64,000 bases of DNA, taken from an uncultured Acidimicrobiia bacterium (GTDB taxonomy: Bacteria > Actinomycetota > Acidimicrobiia > Spongiisociales > UBA5794). The stretch covers positions 413,171 to 477,170 of the forward strand of contig CAVQOG010000008.1 in the NCBI GenBank assembly GCA_963714375.1. Direction: 5' to 3'. This document shows, one piece after another, positions 24,899 to 33,664 of the stretch. The notes under the pieces were generated by a model that was not told where the DNA came from, did no database searches, and worked only from the letters and a program-made list of their open reading frames with translations. Both the position numbers and the translations under genes were made by a program. The first letter of the stretch is position 1. The number at the start of each line of letters is the position of its first letter.

Positions 24899-26929
24899 GT
24901 GCGGCTCAGACGCCGACCGGGGTGCGGTGGAGATTGGGCGGGTAGACTTATCCGACCCAGACAGGATCGATCAATCACCGCGCTGCCAACCGGAACCGTC
25001 ACGTTTCTCTTCACCGATGTCGAAGCGAGCACCCGCCTGTGGGAAGCGCACCCCGGCGGTATGAAGCAGGCGATCGCACGCCACGACGATGTTGTGAAGA
25101 GATCGATCGAATCTGCAGATGGAGCAGTCTTTACTACAGCTGGTGACGCTTTCTGCGCGGCGTTCTCATCGCCAAGACGCGCACTTGATGCCGCCATCGG
25201 AGCCCAGTTGGCGCTGCGTGCACAGGATTGGGCCGAAGTCGGAGACCTTCGCGTCCGGATGGCGCTCCATACCGGGAATGCCGATGAACGCGGCGGGGAT
25301 TACTTCGGCCCACCCCTCAATCGCTGTGCGCGATTGCTTGCGATCGGACACGGAGGTCAGATACTCGTTTCGGCTACCACAGCCGGACTCCTCGTTCAGG
25401 ATCTCCCGCCCGAGGTCAGCTTGAACGATCTTGGAACTCACATGCTCAAGGACATGGACCGAGAAGAGCACGTCTTTGAGGTGACCCATCCGAGCCTGAT
25501 GTCTGATTTTGCTGAGTTGCGCTCAGAACGGACGACACCAACTCTCGAACAACTACTCACTGAAGCGCGACGGGCCCATGACGATGATGAATGGCAGGCT
25601 GCCTACCACGGCTTCGCAATGGCGAGGGAAACTGGTGAGCTGTCGTCTGGCGACCTGCATCGATTCGCCGATACTGCTTTTTGGACCGGACGCATTGATG
25701 AGGCCGTACCGCTCAAAGAGCTTGCCTACGCAGGACTCATTGGAGATGGTGACCATGAGCTGGCGGCGTTGACCGCTCTTGACCTCGCATTGCTGTACAA
25801 ATACCGGCTCGCGACTGCGATTGCCAAGGCGTGGGTTGCTCGAGCCGAGAAGCTGGTCACCGGACATGAGGGTGGTCGTTCACACGGATACCTCCAACGA
25901 TGGAAGGCCGTGTATGCCTTCGAGACCACGGGCGACCCAGATGCTGCCCTTGCGTATGCCGAGTCCGTGATCCAGATCGCGCGGGAGATCGGCGACCGAT
26001 CCCTCGAAGCACTCGGGCTGATGGACAAGGGCCGTTTTCTCGTGGCGATTGGGCGCATCGACGAGGGTATGAAGCTCGTTGATGAATCGATGATCGCAGC
26101 GGTTGCCGGAGAGATCAATGCCGACGCCATCGGCAGGAACTACTGCAACATGCTCGGTGTCTGTGATCAGATCGCCGACTATGAGCGAGCGAGTGAGTGG
26201 AGCGATGCGGCTGAAGCGTGGTGCGAGAAGAACGCCGATTCTGCTTACCCCGGCATCTGCCGAGTATTCCGAGCCGAACTCAAGTGGCTGCAGGGTGATT
26301 GGGAATCGGCCACGTCGGACCTCCGCAACGCAATGGACGAACTCGCAGGCTTTACCCCGTTGATCGGCGCTGCCCTGTACCAGATCGGGTTGGTGGAGCT
26401 GCGGCGCGGCAACCATAGCGAGGCGGAATCCAACTTTCGGTCCGCCAACGAACACGGATTCCCTCCTTTGCCTGGGATGGCTGAGCTTCGGCTCCGTGAA
26501 GGGGATCCACTCGCAGGTGAACAGATGGTGCTCGATGCGCTGCTCTCGAACCCTCGACCGCTTGATCGGGCCCGGTTCCTTCCGACGCTCATCGATATCG
26601 AAATCGCACTCGGGAACACAAGCGAGGTCGATTCGTTCTTGACCGAGCTGGCTTCCACGGCCGAACTGTGCGATTCCACAGCGATGCGAGCCCAGACTTC
26701 CGATCGCCGCGGGTCTGTTGCTCTTGCTGGGGACGATCCGGGTGCGGCGACGCGGTATTTCGGTGAAGCGGTTCGCGGGTGGACGCACCTGAGGATGCCG
26801 TTCGAGGCCGCGCAATCGAGGATGCAACTCGGCGCTGCCTACCGAATGCTCGGCAATGAGGGCTCGGCTTCGATGGAGATCCAAACGGCGCAAGCAACGC
26901 TCGACCGGTTGATGCCTGCCGAGAAATGA
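24899..26929 (+). CDS. Class III nucleotide cyclase domain fused to a TPR/MalT-like helical region
   Basis: TFLFTDVEAST, GDAF, RVRMALHTG and YFGPPLNRCARL, followed by ~450 aa of helical repeats. Start codon uncertain. Confidence 0.8.
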   Translation: MRLRRRPGCGGDWAGRLIRPRQDRSITALPTGTVTFLFTDVEASTRLWEAHPGGMKQAIARHDDVVKRSIESADGAVFTTAGDAFCAAFSSPRRALDAAIGAQLALRAQDWAEVGDLRVRMALHTGNADERGGDYFGPPLNRCARLLAIGHGGQILVSATTAGLLVQDLPPEVSLNDLGTHMLKDMDREEHVFEVTHPSLMSDFAELRSERTTPTLEQLLTEARRAHDDDEWQAAYHGFAMARETGELSSGDLHRFADTAFWTGRIDEAVPLKELAYAGLIGDGDHELAALTALDLALLYKYRLATAIAKAWVARAEKLVTGHEGGRSHGYLQRWKAVYAFETTGDPDAALAYAESVIQIAREIGDRSLEALGLMDKGRFLVAIGRIDEGMKLVDESMIAAVAGEINADAIGRNYCNMLGVCDQIADYERASEWSDAAEAWCEKNADSAYPGICRVFRAELKWLQGDWESATSDLRNAMDELAGFTPLIGAALYQIGLVELRRGNHSEAESNFRSANEHGFPPLPGMAELRLREGDPLAGEQMVLDALLSNPRPLDRARFLPTLIDIEIALGNTSEVDSFLTELASTAELCDSTAMRAQTSDRRGSVALAGDDPGAATRYFGEAVRGWTHLRMPFEAAQSRMQLGAAYRMLGNEGSASMEIQTAQATLDRLMPAEK

Positions 26930-26945
26930 AGTCGCTGTTGGAACG

Positions 26946-27623
26946 CTAACGATCGACGGCATACCCTTTGAGTAGCCGTGCCACCTGGACGATGTCGGGA
27001 GCCCGAAACGTCGGCGGGGGAAAGCTCAAGCTGTATTGCTGATCTTGGCGCTCAATGAACGCACCAGCGAGACCGGCGGCCATCGCTCCGGCGATATCCC
27101 AATCGTGGGCCGCAACCATGACAAGGTCGACCGGATCGGCGTCGACGTGCTCCGCGGCCGCGAGATAAACCGATCGATGCGGCTTGAACCGCCGGACCAT
27201 CTCGACAGACATGATATCGGTGAAGAACCCGTCGATCCCTGCGTTGGCAAGCTGGGTCTTGGCCATGGCAAGTGGCGAGTTTGTCAGCGCGGCAAGCCTG
27301 TAGCCCTCTCGCTTGAGCACGGCCAGTCCATCCGGAACGTCATCGTGGGCGGGTAGCGTCGTGAGAGTTGCCTTGACTTCGGCCAGATCGACATCGGACA
27401 CCGAGGCGCCCGCACGGGTGACCACGGTGGCGAGCGCATGCGACGCGAGTTCGGTGAATGGTGAGTAGTTGTCGATGGCAGACGAGACAAACGAAAGGCG
27501 AAGGAACTCGGCGAACCATTCGGTCGCTGTCGGTCCATCGCTGAACCTTGTCTGAAACCAGTCCCGTACCGGTGAGAGGCTGAGGAGGGTTTCGTTGACA
27601 TCGAACAAAATGGTTTGCGTCAT
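26946..27623 (-). CDS. Haloacid dehalogenase type II (HAD superfamily)
   Basis: ILFDVNETLL, ALTNS, RFKP, MVAAHDWDIAGA. Confidence 0.88.
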   Translation of the reverse strand: MTQTILFDVNETLLSLSPVRDWFQTRFSDGPTATEWFAEFLRLSFVSSAIDNYSPFTELASHALATVVTRAGASVSDVDLAEVKATLTTLPAHDDVPDGLAVLKREGYRLAALTNSPLAMAKTQLANAGIDGFFTDIMSVEMVRRFKPHRSVYLAAAEHVDADPVDLVMVAAHDWDIAGAMAAGLAGAFIERQDQQYSLSFPPPTFRAPDIVQVARLLKGYAVDR

Positions 27624-27733
27624 GCCGACAAACTACCCCTCAAGCAATCACGCGTTTGCCGGAACCAAGCGTAGAATCAGCTCAGCAAATTGGCGGCACA
27701 AACATGTGTGACGTCACCAGAGAGGGGACCTTG

Positions 27734-28240
27734 ATGAGACATGTGGTGGTACTTCTAGCGATGCTTGCTGTCGTCGTGGCTGGCTGTTCGTCACCAAGCG
27801 ACACGATCGCCGAGAACATTGCCGGCAACATTGACGGTGTCAACGACGTCGATATCAACTCGAATACCGGTGAGATCAAGGTAGAAACGGACGAGGGGTC
27901 CATCAGTATCGGAGGGGGCAACGTTCCAAGCGATCTCTTTGTTTCCCTGCCGGGCGGCTACGACGTCCAAGCGGTCGTTGAAACCGACAGTGGAAGCAGC
28001 GTCAGCGTTGCGTACGATCAAGGCCGATACGACGAACTCGTGACGTACTTCAACGACTGGACCAACTCCGATTCTCCTGATTGGGAGCATGGTTCGATCA
28101 ACATGGACCAAGGTGGGACGAATTTCCGATCCGATAGTTGGAACATGTCAGACCACGGGATCAATCTTGCCGATTGTATGACCGCGGAATCGACCGATGG
28201 GAAGCCGAACGCCGCGTGCGTGATCGTCATCTCTGAGTAG
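27734..28240 (+). CDS. Putative lipoprotein
   Basis: MRHVVVLLAMLAVVVAGC lipobox, followed by a VKVETDEGS-type beta repeat. Confidence 0.7.
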   Translation: MRHVVVLLAMLAVVVAGCSSPSDTIAENIAGNIDGVNDVDINSNTGEIKVETDEGSISIGGGNVPSDLFVSLPGGYDVQAVVETDSGSSVSVAYDQGRYDELVTYFNDWTNSDSPDWEHGSINMDQGGTNFRSDSWNMSDHGINLADCMTAESTDGKPNAACVIVISE

Positions 28241-28264
28241 CGTTGATCTGGCGTCTCTCAACTC

Positions 28265-28294
28265 TTGGCGTTAGGAAACCGGGCGTTCTACACT
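28265..28294 (+). promoter_or_regulatory. Putative housekeeping-sigma promoter for rpmJ and the alpha operon
   Basis: TTGGCG-N18-TACACT, about 225 nt upstream of rpmJ. Confidence 0.5.
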
Positions 28295-28519
28295 TCTGCC
28301 AACGGCTCGCGAGAGCTGTGATTTGTTGTGAAAAGACGACGTCGTTGATATCGGCGGACCGCCAAGCCTCCACACCCAACCAACGGGTTTAGCTCGGCCG
28401 TCGCTGGAGTAGAGGTTCATCACACAGGAAACCCGACCGGGGTCCTGCGTGCTTGGCGCTCACCTCTCCGCATCTGGTATCGACGGTGTCCTGACCGAGA
28501 ACAGAGACAGGAAACCACC

Positions 28520-28633
28520 ATGAAAGTCAGAGCCTCTGCAAAGAAGATGTGCGACAACTGTCGCGTCATCCGCAGGCATGGCCGTGTGTGGGTTATCTGT
28601 CAGAACCCACGCCACAAGCAGCGTCAGGGGTAA
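28520..28633 (+). CDS. rpmJ: 50S ribosomal protein L36, zinc-binding form (missing from the ORF track)
   Basis: Hand translation gives [37 protein letters not shown]. Confidence 0.97.
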   Translation: MKVRASAKKMCDNCRVIRRHGRVWVICQNPRHKQRQG

Positions 28634-28639
28634 CCACGA

Positions 28640-29017
28640 ATGGCACGAATCGGCGGAGTTGACCTCCCACGAGACAAGCGCATCGAGATCGGTTTGACCT
28701 ATGTCTTCGGCATCGGAATTTCGGGCTCACGCACCATCCTTTCAGCACTCGAAATTGATATGGACACCAAGGTCAGGGATCTCTCCGACGCAGAGGTCCT
28801 CAAGATCAGGCAGTTCATAGATGGCAACTTCACCATCGAAGGTGATCTGCGTCGAGAGATCGCTCAGAACATCAAGCGCAAGATCGAAATTGGTTGCTAC
28901 CAGGGTCTGCGTCACCGCCGTGGGCTCCCCGTGCGCGGACAGAGGACGCACACCAACGCTCGTACCCGCAAGGGCAAGCGCGTCGCAATCGCAGGCAAGA
29001 AGAAGGTCACCAAGTAA
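28640..29017 (+). CDS. rpsM: 30S ribosomal protein S13
   Basis: [28 protein letters not shown]. Confidence 0.98.
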   Translation: MARIGGVDLPRDKRIEIGLTYVFGIGISGSRTILSALEIDMDTKVRDLSDAEVLKIRQFIDGNFTIEGDLRREIAQNIKRKIEIGCYQGLRHRRGLPVRGQRTHTNARTRKGKRVAIAGKKKVTK

Positions 29018-29547
29018 TGACCACAGAAGCATCCGAGCAGGCTGTACCCGAGCAGGCTGTACCCGAGCAGGCTGTACCCGAGCAGGCTGTACCCGAGCAG
29101 GCTGCACCCGAGCAGGCTGCACCCGAGCAGGCTGCACCGCAGCAGGCTGCACCCGATGCGGCAGCAGCCCTGCAGCCGCGTCGTCGCAGGTCCAAGAGGA
29201 CGATTTCGCACGGCCAGGTCCATATCAAGGCGAGTTTCAACAACACGATTCTTACGATCACGGATCAGGACGGCAAGGTTGCCGCATGGACCTCAGGCGG
29301 ATCGGTCGGCTTCAAGGGCTCACGCAAGTCGACCCCCTATGCCGCCCAGGTTGCAGCCGAACAGGCAGCCCGCAAAGCAGGCGAAATGGGAATCCGCAAG
29401 CTTGACGTCATCGTCCGAGGTTCGGGCTCGGGTCGCGAGACGGCGATCCGAACACTTCAGAACATGGGTATTGAGATAACGGGCATCAAGGACGTCACAC
29501 CGGTACCGCACAACGGCTGCCGCCCGAAGAAGCGGAAGGGTCGTTAG
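29017..29547 (+). CDS. rpsK: 30S ribosomal protein S11 with a repetitive N-terminal extension
   Basis: ATG overlaps the rpsM stop. [33 protein letters not shown]. Confidence 0.97.
   Translation: MTTEASEQAVPEQAVPEQAVPEQAVPEQAAPEQAAPEQAAPQQAAPDAAAALQPRRRRSKRTISHGQVHIKASFNNTILTITDQDGKVAAWTSGGSVGFKGSRKSTPYAAQVAAEQAARKAGEMGIRKLDVIVRGSGSGRETAIRTLQNMGIEITGIKDVTPVPHNGCRPKKRKGR
29035..29154 (+). repeat. In-frame 15-bp tandem repeat, 8 units, in rpsK
   Basis: (gagcaggctgtaccc)x4, then three gagcaggctgcacc(c/g) units and one cagcaggctgcaccc. Encodes (EQAVP)4(EQAAP)3QQAAP. Confidence 0.95.
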
Positions 29548-29549
29548 AC

Positions 29550-30155
29550 ATGGCTCGTTACACAGGCCCACGCACCAAGGTCAGCCGTCGTGCCCGCCAA
29601 CTTCTCGACGAGAACAAGGCCAAGTACTACGACAGGCGGCCCTATCCACCTGGTCAGCATGGTCGTGGACGCATCCGCGAGTCCCAATACCAGATCCAGC
29701 TCCGTGAAAAGCAGAAGCTCAAGTTCATGTACGGGGTACTCGAAAAGCAGTTCCGCAAGTACTACAAGAACGCAGCGAAGAAGAGCGGGATCACCGGAAC
29801 CAATCTGCTTGTGATCCTTGAGACACGCCTCGACAACGTCGTGTATCGCGCAGGCTTCGCAAGCACGCGGCCACAGGCACGTCAACTTGTGAATCACGCC
29901 CACTTTCTTGTCAACGATCGTAAGGTCGACATCCCGTCGTATGAAGTACGTCCCGGTGATGTCGTCACGATCAAGGATCGCAGCAAGGAGATCCTCCCGA
30001 TCCAGCATTCGATTGACACTGTCGGCCGCTCGACACCCGAGTGGCTGGTGCCTGATACCAAAGAACGGTCCATCACGATCGATTCGCTTCCGAGTAGGGA
30101 ACAAATCGATACCGAAATCAAGGAACAACTCATCGTCGAGCTCTACTCCAAGTAG
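29550..30155 (+). CDS. rpsD: 30S ribosomal protein S4
   Basis: MARYTGP, PPGQHG, LETRLDNVVYR, LIVELYSK. Confidence 0.98.
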   Translation: MARYTGPRTKVSRRARQLLDENKAKYYDRRPYPPGQHGRGRIRESQYQIQLREKQKLKFMYGVLEKQFRKYYKNAAKKSGITGTNLLVILETRLDNVVYRAGFASTRPQARQLVNHAHFLVNDRKVDIPSYEVRPGDVVTIKDRSKEILPIQHSIDTVGRSTPEWLVPDTKERSITIDSLPSREQIDTEIKEQLIVELYSK

Positions 30156-30193
30156 ACCCGATGGCGAGCAACGAATCGAACACAGGAGCGAAC

Positions 30194-31150
30194 GTGCTCA
30201 TCACCCAACGCCCCACAATCGAAGAAGAAAATGTTGCAGACGAACGGTCGAAGTTCATCTGCGGGCCACTGGAGCCTGGCTTCGGATACACCCTTGGGAA
30301 CACCATGCGCCGTACCTTGCTCGCCCGTATCCCGGGTGCTGCGATCACGTCCGTGCGTATCGACGGTGTCCAGCACGAGTTCTCGACAATCGACGGAGTC
30401 GTCGAAGACGTTGTCGATCTCATTCTGAACCTCAAGCAGGTTGTCCTCAGGATCGAGGATGACGAGCCACAAACCATGTATCTGTCAGCGAAGGGCAAGG
30501 GTGAGGTCACGGCTGGTGACATCAATGCTCCAGCGGGTGTCGAAGTGATCAACAAGGGTCTCCATCTCGCTGAGTTGTCGGCGAGTGGCAAGCTCGAGAT
30601 CGAATTGACCGCTGAGCGTGGCGTTGGCTACCGCTCCGCAGATCGGAACAAGAAGAGCGAAACCATCGGTGTGATTCCGATCGACTCGATTTTCTCACCC
30701 GTCCGCAAGGTTGCATACCGTGTTGAGAACACACAGGTTGGACAGCGAACCGACTTCGACAAGTTGATACTCGATGTCGAGACCGACGATTCGATCACAC
30801 CCGCTGAGGCGATTGCCTCCGCCGGTGGAACCTTGCGGAATCTCTTTGAACTGTTCGCTGAGATGGAAGAATACGACGCCCTTGCTCTCGACGAGCTCGC
30901 TCCGATCGAGGCATCTGGCCAAGAGCACCTGGACCTTCCCATTGAAGCACTCGACCTTTCAGAGCGTCCCCGGAACTGTCTGCGGCGAGCACAGGTTCAG
31001 ACCGTTGGTGAACTCATCGAAAAGACAGAGGAAGACCTTCTCAATATCACGAACTTTGGTATGAAGAGCCTCGAAGAGGTGGTCGCAAAGCTTGATGAGC
31101 TCGGTTTTGGTTTGAAGAACTACGCAGACGCAGATTCGAGTCCTGTCTGA
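30194..31150 (+). CDS. rpoA: RNA polymerase alpha subunit
   Basis: GTG at 30194 after AGGAG gives MLITQRP. EPGFGYTLGNTMRR, NFGMKSLEE. Confidence 0.97.
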   Translation: MLITQRPTIEEENVADERSKFICGPLEPGFGYTLGNTMRRTLLARIPGAAITSVRIDGVQHEFSTIDGVVEDVVDLILNLKQVVLRIEDDEPQTMYLSAKGKGEVTAGDINAPAGVEVINKGLHLAELSASGKLEIELTAERGVGYRSADRNKKSETIGVIPIDSIFSPVRKVAYRVENTQVGQRTDFDKLILDVETDDSITPAEAIASAGGTLRNLFELFAEMEEYDALALDELAPIEASGQEHLDLPIEALDLSERPRNCLRRAQVQTVGELIEKTEEDLLNITNFGMKSLEEVVAKLDELGFGLKNYADADSSPV

Positions 31151-31500
31151 TGCCTCGCCCAAAGAAGGGTGCCCGTCTCGGTGGGGGTCCATCGCACCAG
31201 CGTAAGATCTTGGCGAACCTCACTGTCTCGCTCATTGAGCATGAGGAAGTGACGACGACCCATGCCAAAGCAAGAGTGCTTCGCCCGTACGCAGAGAAGG
31301 TCATCACCAAGGCTCGCCGAGGGGATCTTCACGCACGACGGACGATTCTCAGGAAGATCGAGAACAACGATGCCGTCACGAAGCTGTTCGACGATGTAGC
31401 CCCGCGCTACACAGAACGGCCGGGTGGATATCTCCGCATCACCAAGCTCGGACCCCGCAAGGGTGACGGCGCCGAAATGGCGAAGGTGGAACTCGTTTAG
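31150..31500 (+). CDS. rplQ: 50S ribosomal protein L17
   Basis: MPRPKKGARLGG, RPGGYLRITK, RKGDGAEMA. Confidence 0.97.
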   Translation: MPRPKKGARLGGGPSHQRKILANLTVSLIEHEEVTTTHAKARVLRPYAEKVITKARRGDLHARRTILRKIENNDAVTKLFDDVAPRYTERPGGYLRITKLGPRKGDGAEMAKVELV

Positions 31501-31520
31501 CGAGCTTCGCTCGCCAAACA

Positions 31521-31548
31521 GCTTTCAGCTTTCGGCTCACAGCTTTCG
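31521..31548. repeat. 7-bp array, 4 units, after the rplQ stop
   Basis: gctttca gctttcg gctcaca gctttcg, the reverse complement of the gctgaaa type. Confidence 0.8.
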
Positions 31549-31562
31549 GCTTCGGTAATCTG

Positions 31563-32132
31563 TTGAGCATGCTTGGGCCCAGTGACATCGACGCTGACAT
31601 TGAGGCGGTGGTTCGTGGGTACCGACCCGCCGGTGACACTGCCTCGTATGACACCGCCCTGGCTGCCCTCTCTCAAGAGCGTCCCATGTGGCCGCGGACG
31701 GAGTTTTCGCCGGGACATTTCACCGCATCAGGCTTCGTTGCTTCGTCTGATCGCGAGTCACTCCTTCTCATCCGCCACGCAAAGCTTGGGCGATGGCTCC
31801 AACCCGGTGGGCACATAGAACCTGACGATGACACGGTTGAGGCTGCGGCACGGCGTGAGGTCGCGGAGGAGACCGGTATTGCGGATCTCGTGCGAGTGGG
31901 GTCGTCGCTTGTGCGGGTTGATGCACATTCGATTCCTGCCCACGGACCAGAGCCTCTCCACATGCATCTTGATCTCGCTGTCGGGTTTGTTGCGACGTCG
32001 AACCGGATAGGACCTCTCGACGAAGTGCTCGATGCACAATGGGTCCCATTCGATTCCCTCGCCGATTTCGACCTGGATACGGCAGCCACCGCCGGTGCCC
32101 GACGGCTGTTCGAGATTCTGTCCTCGGGTTGA
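31563..32132 (+). CDS. NUDIX hydrolase
   Basis: Nudix box GGHIEPDDDTVEAAARREVAEETG. An alternative ATG lies at 31569. Confidence 0.88.
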   Translation: MSMLGPSDIDADIEAVVRGYRPAGDTASYDTALAALSQERPMWPRTEFSPGHFTASGFVASSDRESLLLIRHAKLGRWLQPGGHIEPDDDTVEAAARREVAEETGIADLVRVGSSLVRVDAHSIPAHGPEPLHMHLDLAVGFVATSNRIGPLDEVLDAQWVPFDSLADFDLDTAATAGARRLFEILSSG

Positions 32133-32202
32133 ATTGGTTCCCGGAACCGTTCGACACGTGCGGCGGTACTCTTGCGACGACGCACGAAGGGGGTAACCAC
32201 TC

Positions 32203-32733
32203 GTGGGCGTAGTGTTTCACCGCCTTCTCCAAACCATCAAGCTTGAGCGTGACGCGTTCGTATGGATGGACTTCAACGACCGCGCCACGGGCGACGGGGC
32301 AGTCCTCGTGGGTATCACACAGGTCCTTCTCCTTCTCGGAACTGGGGTATCTGTCGGGGATTTGGTGAGGAATCCACTCGATCTGGTTGCGATCTTCGTG
32401 TCGACCGCAGTCTTTTGGCTGCTGTACTCGGGAGCTACTTATGCCATTGTGCGCTTTCTCTTCAACGGCCGCGGAGAGTTTCCGATGTACCTGCGGATTT
32501 CGGGTTTCGCCTTCCCGACGCTCTTGCTCCTGATCTTTTCGAACCTGCTGTTCGATGATCGCCAATTCGCTCTGATCCTCATCCTCGGTGGAACGTGGTT
32601 CGTTCTGATCGTCGCGAGAGGAATCACCTACGCATCCGACCTTGAGACGCCTCGGGCGCTTCTCGCCGCGGTCGGTGGCTATGTGGCCGTCGTCGTGGTT
32701 CAACAGATCGCGAGCAGTCTGAGGATCTTCTAG
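32203..32733 (+). CDS. Membrane protein, Yip1-like
   Basis: About 5 hydrophobic helices and an RISGFA motif. Family assignment is tentative. Confidence 0.6.
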   Translation: MGVVFHRLLQTIKLERDAFVWMDFNDRATGDGAVLVGITQVLLLLGTGVSVGDLVRNPLDLVAIFVSTAVFWLLYSGATYAIVRFLFNGRGEFPMYLRISGFAFPTLLLLIFSNLLFDDRQFALILILGGTWFVLIVARGITYASDLETPRALLAAVGGYVAVVVVQQIASSLRIF

Positions 32734-33501
32734 GTGCCGACCTATCGCATGGACCTCGCCTATGACGGATCGTCATTCTTCGGTTATGGGATCCAGAAGG
32801 ACGTGCGAACCGTTCAGGGGGAGCTCGAACGAGCACTCCGACCCCACACTGCTGGCGCCTCGACGCAAGTTGCCGGACGCACGGACAAAGGCGTGCATGC
32901 CTCACAACAGGTCGTCTCGTTCGTGTCGCGTGAGATCAACACCGACTATGTCCTCCGGTCCCTCAACAAGCAGCTCGGGCCCGAGATCGCCGTCCAGAGT
33001 CTGACCGAGGTCGATCGGGATTTTCATGCTCGCTTCTCGGCCACGGGTCGTGCCTACCGGTACCAGATCCTCAACTCGAACATCCACGACCCACTCACGA
33101 GTACCACGACTTGGCATGTGCGGGATCAAATCGATGTCAGACTGATGAACCTGGCGGCTGATCATCTCGTTGGGGAGCACGATTTTGCGGCATTCTGCCG
33201 CCGCTACCGGGATCGGTCCACCATCCGACGGCTTGAATGGGCTCGGTGGAAACGCGTAGGGGATCGCCTCGATCTATCGATCGGTGCTGCCGCATTCTGT
33301 CACCAGATGGTTCGCTCGATCGCCGCATTCTGTGTTGCTGTCGGGACCGGTGAGCTGGATCCTGACACGGTCCCCGAGATTCTTGTATCGGGCGATCGGA
33401 GTCTCACCAAAGGTGTCGCTCCTGCGCACGCCCTGTTTCTTGTCGCGGTCTCGTACGGAGACGAACCCCTTCCACGCCCGGCGTGGGCCGTATTCCGATG
33501 A
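32734..33501 (+). CDS. truA: tRNA pseudouridine(38-40) synthase
   Basis: LAYDGS, AGRTDKGVHA, FHARFSA, FCHQMVR. Confidence 0.96.
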   Translation: MPTYRMDLAYDGSSFFGYGIQKDVRTVQGELERALRPHTAGASTQVAGRTDKGVHASQQVVSFVSREINTDYVLRSLNKQLGPEIAVQSLTEVDRDFHARFSATGRAYRYQILNSNIHDPLTSTTTWHVRDQIDVRLMNLAADHLVGEHDFAAFCRRYRDRSTIRRLEWARWKRVGDRLDLSIGAAAFCHQMVRSIAAFCVAVGTGELDPDTVPEILVSGDRSLTKGVAPAHALFLVAVSYGDEPLPRPAWAVFR

Positions 33502-33657
33502 CCGACGTCCGACGTCCGATGTCCGATGTCCGATGTCCGATGACCGTGTTCCGATGACCGAAAGCCCAGATCTGACGTCCGACGTCTGACGTCTGAAATC
33601 TGACTTCGTCTCCGCTTTCTTATCGGTAATCGGAATTCGGTAGTCGGTTATCGGTCC
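33494..33657. repeat. Composite 7-bp array: 16 units, a short spacer, then 5 inverted units, between convergent truA and ilvA
   Basis: 33494-33605 holds tccgatg/accgacg/tccgacg/tctgacg-type units in register. 33623-33657 is tcggtaa tcggaat tcggtag tcggtta tcggtcc. Confidence 0.92.
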
Positions 33658-33664
33658 TTCCGAC

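Noticed and set aside
28355-28375. CGCCAAGCCTCC resembling the c-di-GMP-I riboswitch junction
   Set aside because: The upstream GCAAA/GNRA arm and downstream pairing expected for that class were not found.
28469-28486. RIWYRR peptide resembling the IF-1 C-terminus (RIVYR) as an infA remnant
   Set aside because: Upstream codons in that frame show no IF-1 similarity, so it is likely chance.
33494-33657. Heptamer arrays as CRISPR arrays
   Set aside because: Units are 7 bp and abut directly, with no unique spacers, and no cas genes are in the window.
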